DNA of 64,000 nt from an uncultured Hyphomonadaceae bacterium (GTDB taxonomy: Bacteria; Pseudomonadota; Alphaproteobacteria; Caulobacterales; Hyphomonadaceae). Positions 9,590 to 19,728 of the stretch are shown here, piece by piece (position 1 is the first letter of the stretch; every line of letters begins with the position of its first letter). Position numbers and translations under genes: made by a program. The notes below the pieces were generated by a model. The model worked only from the letters and a program-made list of their open reading frames with translations, did no database searches and had not been told where the DNA came from. The stretch spans positions 225,579 through 289,578 of the forward strand of contig CALKFG010000006.1 of NCBI GenBank assembly GCA_938084575.1. The letters are read 5' to 3'.

Positions 9590-10463
9590 GTTCGGTAAAA
9601 AGCTCCATCAACAGGGCGTGCTGGGCACGCCCATCCAAAATGACAGCTCCCCCGACGCCACTTTTCACTGCCTGGCTCGCGGTTTCAAGCTTTGGAATCA
9701 TACCGTCCCTGACCGTCCCGTCCTCGATCAGTCCGGCAATGTCCCGGCTGTCGAGTTGCCGGATCAGATGTCCAGCCTTGTCCAGAACGCCGGTAATGTC
9801 CGTCAGCAAAAGCAGGCGCTTGGCCCCGAGCGCGGTCGCAATGGCCCCCGCGGCCGTGTCGGCATTCACATTATAGCGCCGTCCATCCTCGCCGACACCG
9901 ACGGGGGCGATGACAGGGATCAGGTCAGATTTCGGATCCATGAGAACGTTCAGTACCGATGCATCAATATGATCGGGCTCGCCAACATAGCCCAGATCGA
10001 TGACCTGCTCGATCTGGCTGTCCGGGTCCCGGCGCAATTTCTGGGCCCGCCGCACACGCATCAGATTTCCGTCTGAGCCTGACAGGCCGATTGCGCGCCC
10101 GCCGGCCGCGTTCAGAGCGCGGACAATGGATTTATTGATCGGGCCAGACAGGACCATTTCCACCGCTTCCATGGTGGCGTCATCAGTCACCCGCAGCCCG
10201 TCACGAAACTCCGACTGTATCCCCAGCCGGTCCAGGAGGCGCCCGATCTGAGGCCCTCCGCCATGAACGATGACCGGGTTGACCCCGAGATGTTTGAGCA
10301 GGACCACGTCGCGCGCAAACGCTTTGGCCAGAGTGTCGTCAACCATGGCGTGGCCGCCATACTTGATGACAACAGTTTCCCGTCCATAGCGCTGCAAGTA
10401 GGGCAGGGCTTCTGACAGGGTGGCAGCCGTGAGGCGCGAATTGGCCAAGTCGTTCTGGGTCAT
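9564..10463 (-). CDS. argB: Acetylglutamate kinase
   Basis: 299 aa. Amino-acid-kinase motifs VIKYGGHAM and VHGGGPQIG. Confidence 0.92.
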   Translation of the reverse strand: MTQNDLANSRLTAATLSEALPYLQRYGRETVVIKYGGHAMVDDTLAKAFARDVVLLKHLGVNPVIVHGGGPQIGRLLDRLGIQSEFRDGLRVTDDATMEAVEMVLSGPINKSIVRALNAAGGRAIGLSGSDGNLMRVRRAQKLRRDPDSQIEQVIDLGYVGEPDHIDASVLNVLMDPKSDLIPVIAPVGVGEDGRRYNVNADTAAGAIATALGAKRLLLLTDITGVLDKAGHLIRQLDSRDIAGLIEDGTVRDGMIPKLETASQAVKSGVGGAVILDGRAQHALLMELFTEHGAGTIVF

Positions 10464-10590
10464 GGCTGCGGTGTAGCCTGCTTTTCGACCGGGGCAAAAC
10501 CCAAATTGTACTCTCTGGCGTTGTGATCGGGACCTGGCTGAGCGGTCGTCCGCGCTTCACGCGCGAGTGTGACGGCATCTGGGCGCGGGA

Positions 10591-11235
10591 TTAAAGGCCG
10601 GTGAGGGTGGCGATTTCGGCCCGCAGCGCCGGCAGCCCGAAGCCGGTCTCAGCTGAGGTCTGGCGGATCACCGGATGGGCGGCACCATGGGTGCGGATCG
10701 ATGCTGTAATGCTGTCCATGACCGTGCTGAGCATGCTCGCCTTGACCTTGTCGGTCTTGGTCAGAACCAGCTGGTACATCACCGCCGCGGTATCGAGCAT
10801 TTGCATCGTTTCGATGTCGGCTGGCATCAGGCCGCGCCGGCTGTCGATCAGAAGGAAAACCCGCTGCAAACTGGCCCGGCCCTGCAAATAACGCCGGGTC
10901 AGCCGGATCCATTTTTCCGACTGCTGGCGGGACACTTTCGCATAGCCGAAACCCGGCAGGTCAACCACGAAAAGCTTTCCCTCGGCCAGGTCGAAATAGT
11001 TGAGTTCGCGGGTACGGCCGGGCTCAGCCGAAGCCCGGGCCAGGGCCTTGCGGTTGAACAGGGCATTGATCAACGAAGATTTTCCGACATTGGACCGACC
11101 GGCAAAGGCGATTTCCGGACGGTCTGCATCCGGCAGCTGGCGAAGATCCGCCGCGCCGAGCACGAAGCTCACCGGCGCCGCGAAAAGCAACCGCCCGGCC
11201 TCTAACGCGTCCGGGGAGAATTCGGCCGGGTCCAT
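10591..11235 (-). CDS. engB: Ribosome biogenesis GTP-binding protein YihA/YsxC
   Basis: 214 aa. G1 GRSNVGKSSLINAL, DLPGFGY, TKTDK. Sits downstream of yidC as in many bacteria. Confidence 0.9.
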   Translation of the reverse strand: MDPAEFSPDALEAGRLLFAAPVSFVLGAADLRQLPDADRPEIAFAGRSNVGKSSLINALFNRKALARASAEPGRTRELNYFDLAEGKLFVVDLPGFGYAKVSRQQSEKWIRLTRRYLQGRASLQRVFLLIDSRRGLMPADIETMQMLDTAAVMYQLVLTKTDKVKASMLSTVMDSITASIRTHGAAHPVIRQTSAETGFGLPALRAEIATLTGL

Positions 11236-11241
11236 GCTGGG

Positions 11242-13098
11242 TTACTCCGCAGACGACGGGGCACGGCCAAACAGGCGCTTGATCAGCTTGTCGAGCTCGG
11301 TCTCCACGCCATTGCGTCTCATAATGTAATATTGCTGCATCAGGGACAGAATGTTGCTCCACACCCAGTACAGGACGAGGCCAGAGGCAAATCCGCCGAA
11401 GACAAACATGAAAACAAAGGGCAGGGCCATCATGATGGTTCGCTGGGTGGGGTCTGGCGGTGGCGGTGACAGGGCCTGAATGCCGGCCATGGTCACACCG
11501 TAGAGAATGGGCAGGATCCCGATCCCAATCACCAGCCCAAGCAGCGGGATGGCCTTGATGTCTGCCGCGGCGATGGGCAGCAGACCGAACAGGTTTGCGA
11601 TGGCCGTCGGGTCCGGGGCGGACAGGTCCTGCAGGAAAAGAAACGGCGTATGCCGCATCTCAATGGTGACATAGAGAGTCTTATACAGGGCAAAGAAGAC
11701 CGGAATGGTCAGCAGGATCGGAACGCACCCCGCCAGGGGGTTGGCTTTCTCCCGCTGGTAAAGCTTCATGATTTCCTGCTGGCGCCGCTGTGGATCGGCT
11801 TTGAAGCGCTCCTGGATTTCCTTCATCGGTTCCGCCAATTTTTTCATTTTGGCCATCGACTTATAACTCTGATTGTAGAGCGGAATCAGGGGGATTTTGA
11901 TCAACAGAGTTAGGGCGAGAATGGCAAGGCCGAAGGAGCCGATCTGCATCTTCAGCCAGTTGAGAAGCGCGAAGAAGGGGCGCGTAATATAGTAAAGAAT
12001 GGTGCCCCAGTCGATCGAGTCATCAAAACGCGGGATGCCTGCCGCTTTGTATGCGTTTACGACCTCATATTCCTTGGCGCCGGCGAAGATCGCGTTCTCG
12101 ATAGATGCTTCGGCGCCGGGGGCAACGATGACCGGTGCAAGCATCATGCTCACTTCAAAAATACCCTCATTTCCCCCGCGCAGATTAAAGGCCGCGTCAT
12201 ATGTGGCGCCCTGCTCAGGGACAAGGGCCGTCATCCAGTACATATCAGTAAAACCAAGCCAGCCGCTCGTCAGGTTGGTCCTGTCTGTATCGGCGCCTTT
12301 TATGCCGCGCCCCTTTGCCAGATTGTTGTAATCGCGGAGTTTAAGTTTGCCGTCGAGAACGCCGATCAGCCCCTGATGCGCCAGGCCCATTTTTTTCGAT
12401 GATCCCGGATCGGTCGCTTCCAGGAAGGCCTTCCAGGCGCCGTGTCGGCGGACAGAGCCATAGGGCGTAAGCGCGACACTGTCGTCGCTGAGATTGGTAA
12501 TCGTGTCCTGATAGGTAAAAAGGTAATCCTCATCGACGAGAATCTGGCGGGTGATGGCCACATCGTCCTTTTCGAGGCGCAGAGTAATCGGCGTGGCGAC
12601 AGTGAGCTCATTCCCCTCGACCAGTTGCCAATTATCCTGAGGCCCGGCGAAAGCCCGGCCATCCTTCAGCCAGTACCAGGAGGCATAGAAGCCATGTTCT
12701 GCATTGCGGGGGCGCAGCAGACGAAGCTCCTGTTTGCGTTCAACAGTTATGAAGTGGTCTCTCAGGCTAAGGTCGTCCAGCACGGCCCCTCGGAGGCTCA
12801 GAGATCCATCGACTCGGGGGGCATCGAACACGACACGTTCAGCAGTTAAAAGGGCTTCTTGAACCGAAACGGGCATTTCCGGGAGGCGATCCGCAGGTGA
12901 GGGTTCGATGCCTGCCTGTTGGTCTGGCGAGCCGGGACTGGTTTGTACCGTCGCGACGTCCTCTTGGGCGGCACGCCGCTGCGCCTGCTCTGGTTCAACA
13001 ATGAAGACCTGATAGAGAAACACGAAAGCGACCATTAGCGCGATCGCAATCATGAAATTGCGCTGATCCTGTGGGTCCATGCCGTTTTGTTGCATCAT
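11242..13098 (-). CDS. yidC: Membrane protein insertase YidC
   Basis: 618 aa. N-terminal TM, large periplasmic domain and C-terminal 5-TM insertase core. rpmH-rnpA-yidC synteny. Confidence 0.93.
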   Translation of the reverse strand: MMQQNGMDPQDQRNFMIAIALMVAFVFLYQVFIVEPEQAQRRAAQEDVATVQTSPGSPDQQAGIEPSPADRLPEMPVSVQEALLTAERVVFDAPRVDGSLSLRGAVLDDLSLRDHFITVERKQELRLLRPRNAEHGFYASWYWLKDGRAFAGPQDNWQLVEGNELTVATPITLRLEKDDVAITRQILVDEDYLFTYQDTITNLSDDSVALTPYGSVRRHGAWKAFLEATDPGSSKKMGLAHQGLIGVLDGKLKLRDYNNLAKGRGIKGADTDRTNLTSGWLGFTDMYWMTALVPEQGATYDAAFNLRGGNEGIFEVSMMLAPVIVAPGAEASIENAIFAGAKEYEVVNAYKAAGIPRFDDSIDWGTILYYITRPFFALLNWLKMQIGSFGLAILALTLLIKIPLIPLYNQSYKSMAKMKKLAEPMKEIQERFKADPQRRQQEIMKLYQREKANPLAGCVPILLTIPVFFALYKTLYVTIEMRHTPFLFLQDLSAPDPTAIANLFGLLPIAAADIKAIPLLGLVIGIGILPILYGVTMAGIQALSPPPPDPTQRTIMMALPFVFMFVFGGFASGLVLYWVWSNILSLMQQYYIMRRNGVETELDKLIKRLFGRAPSSAE

Positions 13099-13127
13099 CT
13101 TGAGCTGTGTTCCTCGGGAAATTAAGG

Positions 13128-13523
13128 CTAGGGACCCTCAGGCCCACCCTGGATTGGCTGGCCGAGGCTTATCAGGGCGTTTTCCATATCGTCAAGCAAC
13201 TGCTGCCAGCCAGCCCCTGCAGTTTGCAGGCGCGCAATGAAGACATAGTCCGTTCCGGGGCGACCATATTTTGGCAATAGAAGGCGTGCGGCCTCGCGCA
13301 GACGGCGACGGGCTCTGTTGCGCGTGACTGAGTTTCCAATCTTTCGCGTCGTTGTGAACCCAACCCCGATATGGTCTTGTCCATCTGCCCGATATCTGGA
13401 CTGGATGACCAAGGTCCGTCGCCGGTCAGTCTGTCCGTGACGGACAAACAAAAACTGGGGCCGCGTTTTGAGACGTCGAACCCCAGGTCCTGAAGTGTCT
13501 TTTGCTGTCGCCATGGCGGCCAC
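13128..13523 (-). CDS. rnpA: Ribonuclease P protein component
   Basis: Basic 131-aa product with the RNR-motif region TRKIGNSVTRNRARRRLREA. Lies between rpmH and yidC. The start is a GTG in the track and is uncertain. Confidence 0.85.
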   Translation of the reverse strand: MAAMATAKDTSGPGVRRLKTRPQFLFVRHGQTDRRRTLVIQSRYRADGQDHIGVGFTTTRKIGNSVTRNRARRRLREAARLLLPKYGRPGTDYVFIARLQTAGAGWQQLLDDMENALISLGQPIQGGPEGP

Positions 13524-13545
13524 GCCCAGAGGCTTAAGCTATTTT

Positions 13546-13680
13546 CTAAGCAGAAATTAGCTTACGTCCTTTGGACCGACGCCGCGCAAGCACCTTGCGC
13601 CCGTTTTTCGTAGACATACGAGAGCGAAAGCCATGACGGCGCGCGCGCTTGAGGCGACTCGGCTGGAATGTACGTTTCAT
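13546..13680 (-). CDS. rpmH: 50S ribosomal protein L34
   Basis: 44 aa [44 protein letters not shown]. The ATG at 13680 lies inside the longer track ORF 13546..13818. Confidence 0.95.
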   Translation of the reverse strand: MKRTFQPSRLKRARRHGFRSRMSTKNGRKVLARRRSKGRKLISA

Positions 13681-13868
13681 CGGCTTACGCCTCTCACCTG
13701 ATTGATGTGATCTGAAAGCGCGGCAAGTACGCTGTCTGGCTGGCGAGGTCAAGCGTTGAGAGCGCCCAAAGACAGCTTTGTTCCTGAGCGGATGATTGTG
13801 CAGATCAGGGCGAGACAATCGCTTCTGATGGACCTATCTGAGAGGTTTAATCTTTTGGAGGACCCCTC

Positions 13869-14648
13869 GTGCTCAAAAGTATTATAATTTGCAGTCTTTT
13901 CATGGGGGTGTTTGCGGGACCTGCCATGACTGAACAAACTGACCTCCATGCGACCTGGGACGGCCTTCTGAAATCCTATGTGGTTGAAAGCCCGGATGGT
14001 GTTAACCGGTTCGATTATGGTGCGCTGAAAAAAAATCCGGGGGACCTGGCACGTCTGCAGGCCTATCTGAAACAATTTGAACAGCTGGAGATGGCCGCGC
14101 TTGGCCCAAATGAGCAGTTCGCAGCTTATGCAAACATTTATAATGCGCTCACTGTTCTGCATATTGTCGGTCGCTATCCGGTTGACTCCATCCGATCGGG
14201 CTATTTTCCATCCGGGCCGTGGAAGCGCGTCAAAACCGACATTGGGGGTAAGGCGGTGTCTCTCGACGCGCTTGAGCATGACATTCTTCGTCCCATGGGC
14301 GAAGCTCGAGTGCATTACGTGATTAATTGTGCGTCCTACAGCTGCCCAAATCTCCGCCGAAGTGCATTGACGCCTGCCAAGCTGGAAGACGATCTGAATG
14401 CCGCCGCGCGCGATTATATCAACCACCCGCGCGGTGTAGCGGTCAGGTCTCGAGGCGGGTTGCGCGTTTCTGAAATATACAAATGGTTCAGAGATGATTT
14501 CGGCGGTGATGAAGCTTCTCTGATTGCGCATTTTATGGACTATGCCAGTCCTGAGCTGGCCGCGCAGATCCGGGCCAATCCTGATATAAAGAGTTACAGC
14601 TATGATTGGTCCCTCAATGATGTCTCTGGGTCTGGTAATGGCGGTTAG
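13869..14648 (+). CDS. Exported DUF547 domain protein
   Basis: 259 aa with a signal-peptide-like N-terminus. DUF547-type blocks AAYANIYNALTV and HYVINCASYSCPNL. GTG start. Confidence 0.75.
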   Translation: MLKSIIICSLFMGVFAGPAMTEQTDLHATWDGLLKSYVVESPDGVNRFDYGALKKNPGDLARLQAYLKQFEQLEMAALGPNEQFAAYANIYNALTVLHIVGRYPVDSIRSGYFPSGPWKRVKTDIGGKAVSLDALEHDILRPMGEARVHYVINCASYSCPNLRRSALTPAKLEDDLNAAARDYINHPRGVAVRSRGGLRVSEIYKWFRDDFGGDEASLIAHFMDYASPELAAQIRANPDIKSYSYDWSLNDVSGSGNGG

Positions 14649-14662
14649 AGAGGTTTTCTTTT

Positions 14663-15394
14663 ATGATCGATAAGTCCACTCCGGACCGGCAGAGCCTTTG
14701 GGTGCGCGTCTGGCCGGTTTATGTCTTCGGTGTCGCGATGACGGGTGCTTGGGCGCTTGGCCTGTTCGATTATTTTTCCCTTGAGACGCTTCAGGCACAG
14801 GAGGCGACCTTGCGGGCGTTCGTCGCGGCCAATCTCTTCGTCGCGCTGGCGATCTATATTGGCCTCTACGCAGCAGCCACCTTGTTCATGGTGCCGGGGG
14901 CGCTTTGGCTAACCATTGCCGGGGGGCTATTGTTCGGTCTTGGTGGCGGCTCACTGGCAACGATTGCAGGGGCAACTCTGGGCGCCAGTGCGCTGTTTGT
15001 GGCGACCAAATCATCTCTGGGTGAAGCTCTGAAAGCGCGGGCCGGTCCGTTTATGAAAAAACTGGAGGATGGGTTTAGCGAGAACCCGCTCTCGTTCATG
15101 TTTGCGATGCGCCTGATGCCCGTTGTGCCTTTCCCGGTCGCGAATATTGCACCGGCCCTTCTAGGAGCCCGATATGGCCACTACGCTCTGACGACTGCGC
15201 TCGGGATTGTACCGGGCGTTGTGGCTTATAGCTGGGTGGGTGCGAGCCTTGGCGCAAGCCTGGACCCTGACGAGACGCAGAACCTATTGGGCGTGGTGGC
15301 CAATTTCCTGCCCGCTTTTCTCGTTCTTGGCGCGGTTTCGCTGATGCCGGTCGCTTACAAACGCTTTCGCGCCAGACACCGGCGCACAATCTAG
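14663..15394 (+). CDS. TVP38/TMEM64 (DedA-superfamily) membrane protein
   Basis: 243 aa, multi-TM. SNARE-associated-type core (RLMPVVPFPVANIAPALLG). 14-nt gap from the DUF547 gene. Confidence 0.8.
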   Translation: MIDKSTPDRQSLWVRVWPVYVFGVAMTGAWALGLFDYFSLETLQAQEATLRAFVAANLFVALAIYIGLYAAATLFMVPGALWLTIAGGLLFGLGGGSLATIAGATLGASALFVATKSSLGEALKARAGPFMKKLEDGFSENPLSFMFAMRLMPVVPFPVANIAPALLGARYGHYALTTALGIVPGVVAYSWVGASLGASLDPDETQNLLGVVANFLPAFLVLGAVSLMPVAYKRFRARHRRTI

Positions 15395-15408
15395 GAGACG
15401 ATGTCACG

Positions 15409-16857
15409 ATGGCACCAGGCGATCAGGTCAAACCAAAAAATCTTTCAGCTGACCTCATTGTGATCGGTGCGGGATCCGGCGGATTGTCCGCCGCTGCCGG
15501 TGCGGCGATGCTGGGTCTGGATGTTATCCTCTATGAAAAGGGAGAAATGGGCGGCGATTGCCTGAATTATGGTTGTGTCCCGTCCAAGGCCCTTCTTGCG
15601 GCTGCGAGAGCCGCGTACGGGATCCATGATGCCGAAAGATTTGGTGTCTCTTCCGGGCCGGCCCAAGTCAATTGGGAGGCGGTCAAGCGCCACGTGAAAG
15701 ACGCTGTTCAGGCCATTGCACCGGTTGACAGTCAGGAGCGGTTCGAAGGTCTCGGTGTTACGGTCATTCGGGAACATGCGAAATTTCTGGATCCAAAGAC
15801 GATCGGTTCATCGGGTACGCGCGCTACGGCCCGGCGTATCATAGTTGCGACCGGATCAAGGGCTCTCCTCCCGCCCATACCGGGACTGTCGGATACGCCT
15901 CATGTGACGAATGAGGAGATCTTTTCCTTGCCAGATTTTCCCGAACAACTGGTCATCCTTGGCGGTGGGCCGATTGGCTTGGAGATGGCTCAGGCTTTCC
16001 AGCGTCTGGGAAGTCACGTGACGGTCATTGAGAAAGATCGAGCACTGGCGCAAGCAGATGCCAGACATGCAGCTCTGGCGGTCAAAACCCTCCGCGCCGA
16101 AGGCGTTAAGATCCTGGAGGGCTATGCTGCGGTCAAGGTCGAAGGCCAGGCTGGCGAGATAAAGGTGACGGCTGAGGGCGAAAACGGGTCTCAACTAGTG
16201 ACCGGGACTCATTTGCTGGTGGCTTTGGGACGCCGACCTGTCACAGAGGGCCTTGCTCTCGAAGCCGGGCGCGTCGCATATGACAAAACCGGCGTGCAGG
16301 TTTCTGAAAAATTGCGTTCCCGTTCCAATCCAAAGGTCTGGGCGTTGGGTGACGTTGCGGGTCAGGGGCAGTTTACCCACCTGGCGGGCTGGCATGCCAG
16401 CGTCTTCACGCGGAGGGCCTTGTTTAAGCAGGGATCAAAAGCCAGCGACCTTCCGTTGCCCTCGGTCACATACGTGTCTCCGGAAGTTGCCCAGGTGGGG
16501 CTCACCGAGGCTGCTGCGCGGGCCCGATACGGGGAATCGATTTCGGTGTCGCAGTTCGCATTTGATGAAAATGATCGCGCCATCGCGGAGGGGAAAACCC
16601 TCGGCGAGGCCAAGCTGATCATCCGAAAAGGTAAGCTCCTGGGGGCCTCTATCATCGGTGAGGGCGCCGGGGACATCATTCAGCTCGTGGCCTATGCGAT
16701 GTCAAATGGTCAAGGAGTTCAGTCTTTGACCAATTTCATTTCGCCCTATCCGACCCGAACAGAAATTGTCAAACGGGCGGCCAGTGCGCATTTTACACCA
16801 GCTGTGTTCGGCAAAGCGAGCCGGTGGCTGGTCGGACTACTGCAACGGATCCCTTAG
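15409..16857 (+). CDS. Class-I pyridine nucleotide-disulfide oxidoreductase (MerA/Lpd-like, atypical)
   Basis: 482 aa. FAD GxGxxG (VIGAGSGG) and redox CxxxxC (GGDCLNYGCVPSKALL). The C-terminal SPYPTRTE has Tyr where E3/GR carry the catalytic His. No NmerA domain and no C-terminal Cys pair. Confidence 0.8.
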   Translation: MAPGDQVKPKNLSADLIVIGAGSGGLSAAAGAAMLGLDVILYEKGEMGGDCLNYGCVPSKALLAAARAAYGIHDAERFGVSSGPAQVNWEAVKRHVKDAVQAIAPVDSQERFEGLGVTVIREHAKFLDPKTIGSSGTRATARRIIVATGSRALLPPIPGLSDTPHVTNEEIFSLPDFPEQLVILGGGPIGLEMAQAFQRLGSHVTVIEKDRALAQADARHAALAVKTLRAEGVKILEGYAAVKVEGQAGEIKVTAEGENGSQLVTGTHLLVALGRRPVTEGLALEAGRVAYDKTGVQVSEKLRSRSNPKVWALGDVAGQGQFTHLAGWHASVFTRRALFKQGSKASDLPLPSVTYVSPEVAQVGLTEAAARARYGESISVSQFAFDENDRAIAEGKTLGEAKLIIRKGKLLGASIIGEGAGDIIQLVAYAMSNGQGVQSLTNFISPYPTRTEIVKRAASAHFTPAVFGKASRWLVGLLQRIP

Positions 16858-16916
16858 GGGTGTGCTGAAACGGGAACGCATGGCCTCGGTTCATCTTCCT
16901 GGAAGCCGGGTCGGGT

Positions 16917-18428
16917 TCAGCTGATAAAGTGAATTAACACGCCGCCTGCGGCCGCGCCCAGAACCAGCCAGATCCACCTTGGTGTCGAGGGGTTGACCGG
17001 TCGTGTTTCCAGGGGCTCAGACAGGCGAGCTTCGAGATCGTCCATGATCTTCGGCAAACGCTTGAGACGGTTTGCAACGTCACGTGTGGTGTCCACCAAC
17101 AGCCGGCCAGCGCCGACCGGGCCAAGATTGTCGGTGATCCAGCTTTTGACGATCGGCTCAGCGGCTGCCCATATGTCGTGATTGGGATCAATGGATCGGG
17201 CAACGCCCTCGACCTGGACCATCGTCTTTTGCAGCAGGACCAGCTCAGGACGAAGATGCATGCCGAAGGCATGAGTAAAATCCAGCAATTGCAGAAGCAG
17301 ACGGCCCATAGAAACTTCCGATGCCGGGCGGCCATGGATGGGTTCGCCGACGGACCGGAGGGCCTGGGCGAAATCGCCGACACTGCGATTGGCCGGAACA
17401 TAGCCGGCTTCAAAGTGGACTTCGGCAATACGCTGATAGTCGCGCCGAATGAATCCCCACAGAATTTCGGCCAGAAACCGGCGTTCATTATGACCGATGC
17501 GTCCGATGAGGCCGAAATCGACCAGTGTCGGGCGCCCTTGCGGCGTAATGATGATGTTTCCCTCATGCATGTCAGCGTGAAAGACACCATCCCCTATCGC
17601 ATGACTGAGAAAACCCCGGGTGACCGCCATGGCCAGGGCGGGGCGGTCAAGTCCGGCTTGCTCGAGTGATTTTGGGTCTGTTAAGGACAGACCATCCACC
17701 CAGTCGGTTGTCAGCACACGCCGGCCGCTGCGCTCCCAGTCCACAGAGGGAATTGAAAAGTAGGTATCCCGACGCGCGAGTTCGGCGAGTTCATCGGCAC
17801 CTCCGGCTTCGAGCCGCAGGTCCAGTTCCTTACGCATGCTGGCGCCCACTGTGTCGACAAAGGCGATCGCCTCAAGCCGGCGGCTTTCGGCACTCACGCG
17901 CTCGGCCAAGCGGGCTGCACGCATCATGGCCCGAAGTTCCCGTTCAATCAGCCATTCAACGTTCGGGCGGAGTATCTTGACCGCTTTGGTGCCATCTCCG
18001 GTCTGTAATTTATGCACCTGCGCGATCGAGGCCGCTGCAATCGGATCTGACAGATTGGGGAACAGGATTTCAGCGTTTTCGCCAAATTCGGCTTGCAGCG
18101 CCAGTTTGGCGTCCTTCATCGAGAAGGCTGGGAGCTTGTCCTTGAGGTGGGACAGGTCGGTTGTTGCCTCAACGCCAAAAACGTCGGGGCGTGTCGCCAG
18201 AAATTGTCCCAGCTTGATATAGGCCGGTCCCAGCCGTTCCAGCGCCGTAGCGAGCCTTTGGCCGGGGCGCCCCTTCGCACCGCCTCCAAAAAGACGGAGG
18301 GTTCGTCCCACCAGCCGGGCTGAAATGGGCAGACGCCCATGATATTCCCCTGGCAGGATAACATCATGACGCACCAGAGAAACGCCGACGCGAAGAAGAC
18401 GAAGATAGTCAGTCAGTCCAGCCAACAT
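16917..18428 (-). CDS. ubiB: Ubiquinone biosynthesis protein UbiB (ABC1 atypical kinase)
   Basis: 503 aa. ABC1 domain (AAASIAQVH, HADMHEGN) and C-terminal TM. Adjacent to ubiE. Confidence 0.9.
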   Translation of the reverse strand: MLAGLTDYLRLLRVGVSLVRHDVILPGEYHGRLPISARLVGRTLRLFGGGAKGRPGQRLATALERLGPAYIKLGQFLATRPDVFGVEATTDLSHLKDKLPAFSMKDAKLALQAEFGENAEILFPNLSDPIAAASIAQVHKLQTGDGTKAVKILRPNVEWLIERELRAMMRAARLAERVSAESRRLEAIAFVDTVGASMRKELDLRLEAGGADELAELARRDTYFSIPSVDWERSGRRVLTTDWVDGLSLTDPKSLEQAGLDRPALAMAVTRGFLSHAIGDGVFHADMHEGNIIITPQGRPTLVDFGLIGRIGHNERRFLAEILWGFIRRDYQRIAEVHFEAGYVPANRSVGDFAQALRSVGEPIHGRPASEVSMGRLLLQLLDFTHAFGMHLRPELVLLQKTMVQVEGVARSIDPNHDIWAAAEPIVKSWITDNLGPVGAGRLLVDTTRDVANRLKRLPKIMDDLEARLSEPLETRPVNPSTPRWIWLVLGAAAGGVLIHFIS

Positions 18429-18431
18429 TGC

Positions 18432-19217
18432 TCAGACCGCCCATGCGAAATGCAGCGCGGCTATGCCGCCAGAAAAATTGGTCACACTGGTGCCTGAAAA
18501 GCCGGCCACCTCAATCTCTTTGCGAAAAATATCCTGAGTGGGGAACTGTCGTATGCTTTCCACCAAATACTGATAACTCGCCGCATCGCCCGCGACCAGT
18601 GCGCCGAGGCGGGGGATGACGTTAAAGCTATATGTGTCGTAGGCCTGTTGCAGCAAAGGAGCGGTCATATGGCTGAATTCCAAAACCGCGAGGCGCCCGC
18701 CGGGCTTGAGTACCCGGCGGAACTCGCACAGGGCTTTCATCCTGTCGGCAACATTGCGGATGCCAAACGCAATCGTGATCGCGTCGGCGCTGCGATCGGA
18801 AAAAGGAAGAGCCATGGCATCACCGCATATCCAGCCAAGTCGCCTTGAAAAAGGGTCCAGGTCGGATCTGCTCTGCCCCGCAGACAGCATCGCCTCGTTT
18901 ATATCACAGATGACCGCTGTGGCGGATTGGGTTTGCGGGCGACGCCGCCCGACCCGGTCGGCTCTTTCGAGAAACGCCTTTGCAACGTCGCCGGTTCCGC
19001 CGGCAACATCAATGAGGTGTTCACCCGGCTGGGGATTAAGCTTGACCATCGTATCGTGCTTCCACAACCTGTGAACGCCGGCCGACATCAGGTCGTTCAT
19101 GAGGTCATATTTTCCCGCGACCGACCGGAAAACACCTTTCACGCGACGAACCTTCTCGTCTTCTGTGACGCGCTCGAAGCCGAAGGAGACGGTTTTGGAG
19201 ATGTGTGAGTCTGACAT
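18432..19217 (-). CDS. ubiE: Ubiquinone/menaquinone biosynthesis C-methyltransferase
   Basis: 261 aa. YDLMNDLMS block and SAM motif DVAGGTGD. Confidence 0.92.
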   Translation of the reverse strand: MSDSHISKTVSFGFERVTEDEKVRRVKGVFRSVAGKYDLMNDLMSAGVHRLWKHDTMVKLNPQPGEHLIDVAGGTGDVAKAFLERADRVGRRRPQTQSATAVICDINEAMLSAGQSRSDLDPFSRRLGWICGDAMALPFSDRSADAITIAFGIRNVADRMKALCEFRRVLKPGGRLAVLEFSHMTAPLLQQAYDTYSFNVIPRLGALVAGDAASYQYLVESIRQFPTQDIFRKEIEVAGFSGTSVTNFSGGIAALHFAWAV

Positions 19218-19311
19218 GTGGGATGATCTATGCCGAAAGAGAGAAAAGAACCATAGACGAGCGGTCGAAGGCTTCCTAGCGTAACGACCGCAACAGGGCG
19301 TTCTGGTCAGG

Positions 19312-19728
19312 ATGGAGTGTGAAATGCCGAGGCTGCGGTCAAGCGCAGTGCGTTATGGTGTGGCGTCATGTCTGGCCCTGGTGAGCGATTTTTTGCTAAC
19401 CTTGGGTCTGTTCCAGACGACCAGCCTGTCTTTGACGTGGTCTGCAGCGATTGCCTTTGTTCTGGTTGGCATAGGGTTTTATTTTGTCCATGAATTCTGG
19501 ACATTTCAAAGGGCTGGTGCGGGGGTCTCCCTTGAGAGGCTGAAGCGAAACTTTCTTATCCTTTGTCTGGCGTTTCTCGCGCGGGTCGGCGCCATTGGCG
19601 GCCTGGAATCATGGCATCCGCCGGACTTTTTCCTTGGTACGGTCTATTTTGCTGCCGGGGCGGTCCTGTCCTTCAGCATCAATTATGCTGCGAACAGGAT
19701 TTTTGTCTTTCGGCAGGGTGAGACCTAG
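19312..19728 (+). CDS. GtrA-family membrane protein
   Basis: 138 aa, 4 TM, C-terminal YAANRIFVFRQ typical of GtrA-like proteins. Start may be at a downstream Met. Confidence 0.65.
   Translation: MECEMPRLRSSAVRYGVASCLALVSDFLLTLGLFQTTSLSLTWSAAIAFVLVGIGFYFVHEFWTFQRAGAGVSLERLKRNFLILCLAFLARVGAIGGLESWHPPDFFLGTVYFAAGAVLSFSINYAANRIFVFRQGET

Noticed and set aside
13749-14531. 260-aa minus-strand ORF, notable because it lies in a lower-GC stretch
   Set aside because: It is antisense to the DUF547 gene, whose translation carries clear family blocks. The antisense product has no motif, no RBS context and an odd composition.
15409-16857. Considered as the dihydrolipoyl dehydrogenase (lpdA) missing from the suc operon
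   Set aside because: The C-terminal active-site region reads SPYPTRTE rather than HPTxxE. The gene is also operonic with DUF547 and TVP38 genes 15 kb from sucB. It is more likely a different disulfide reductase.
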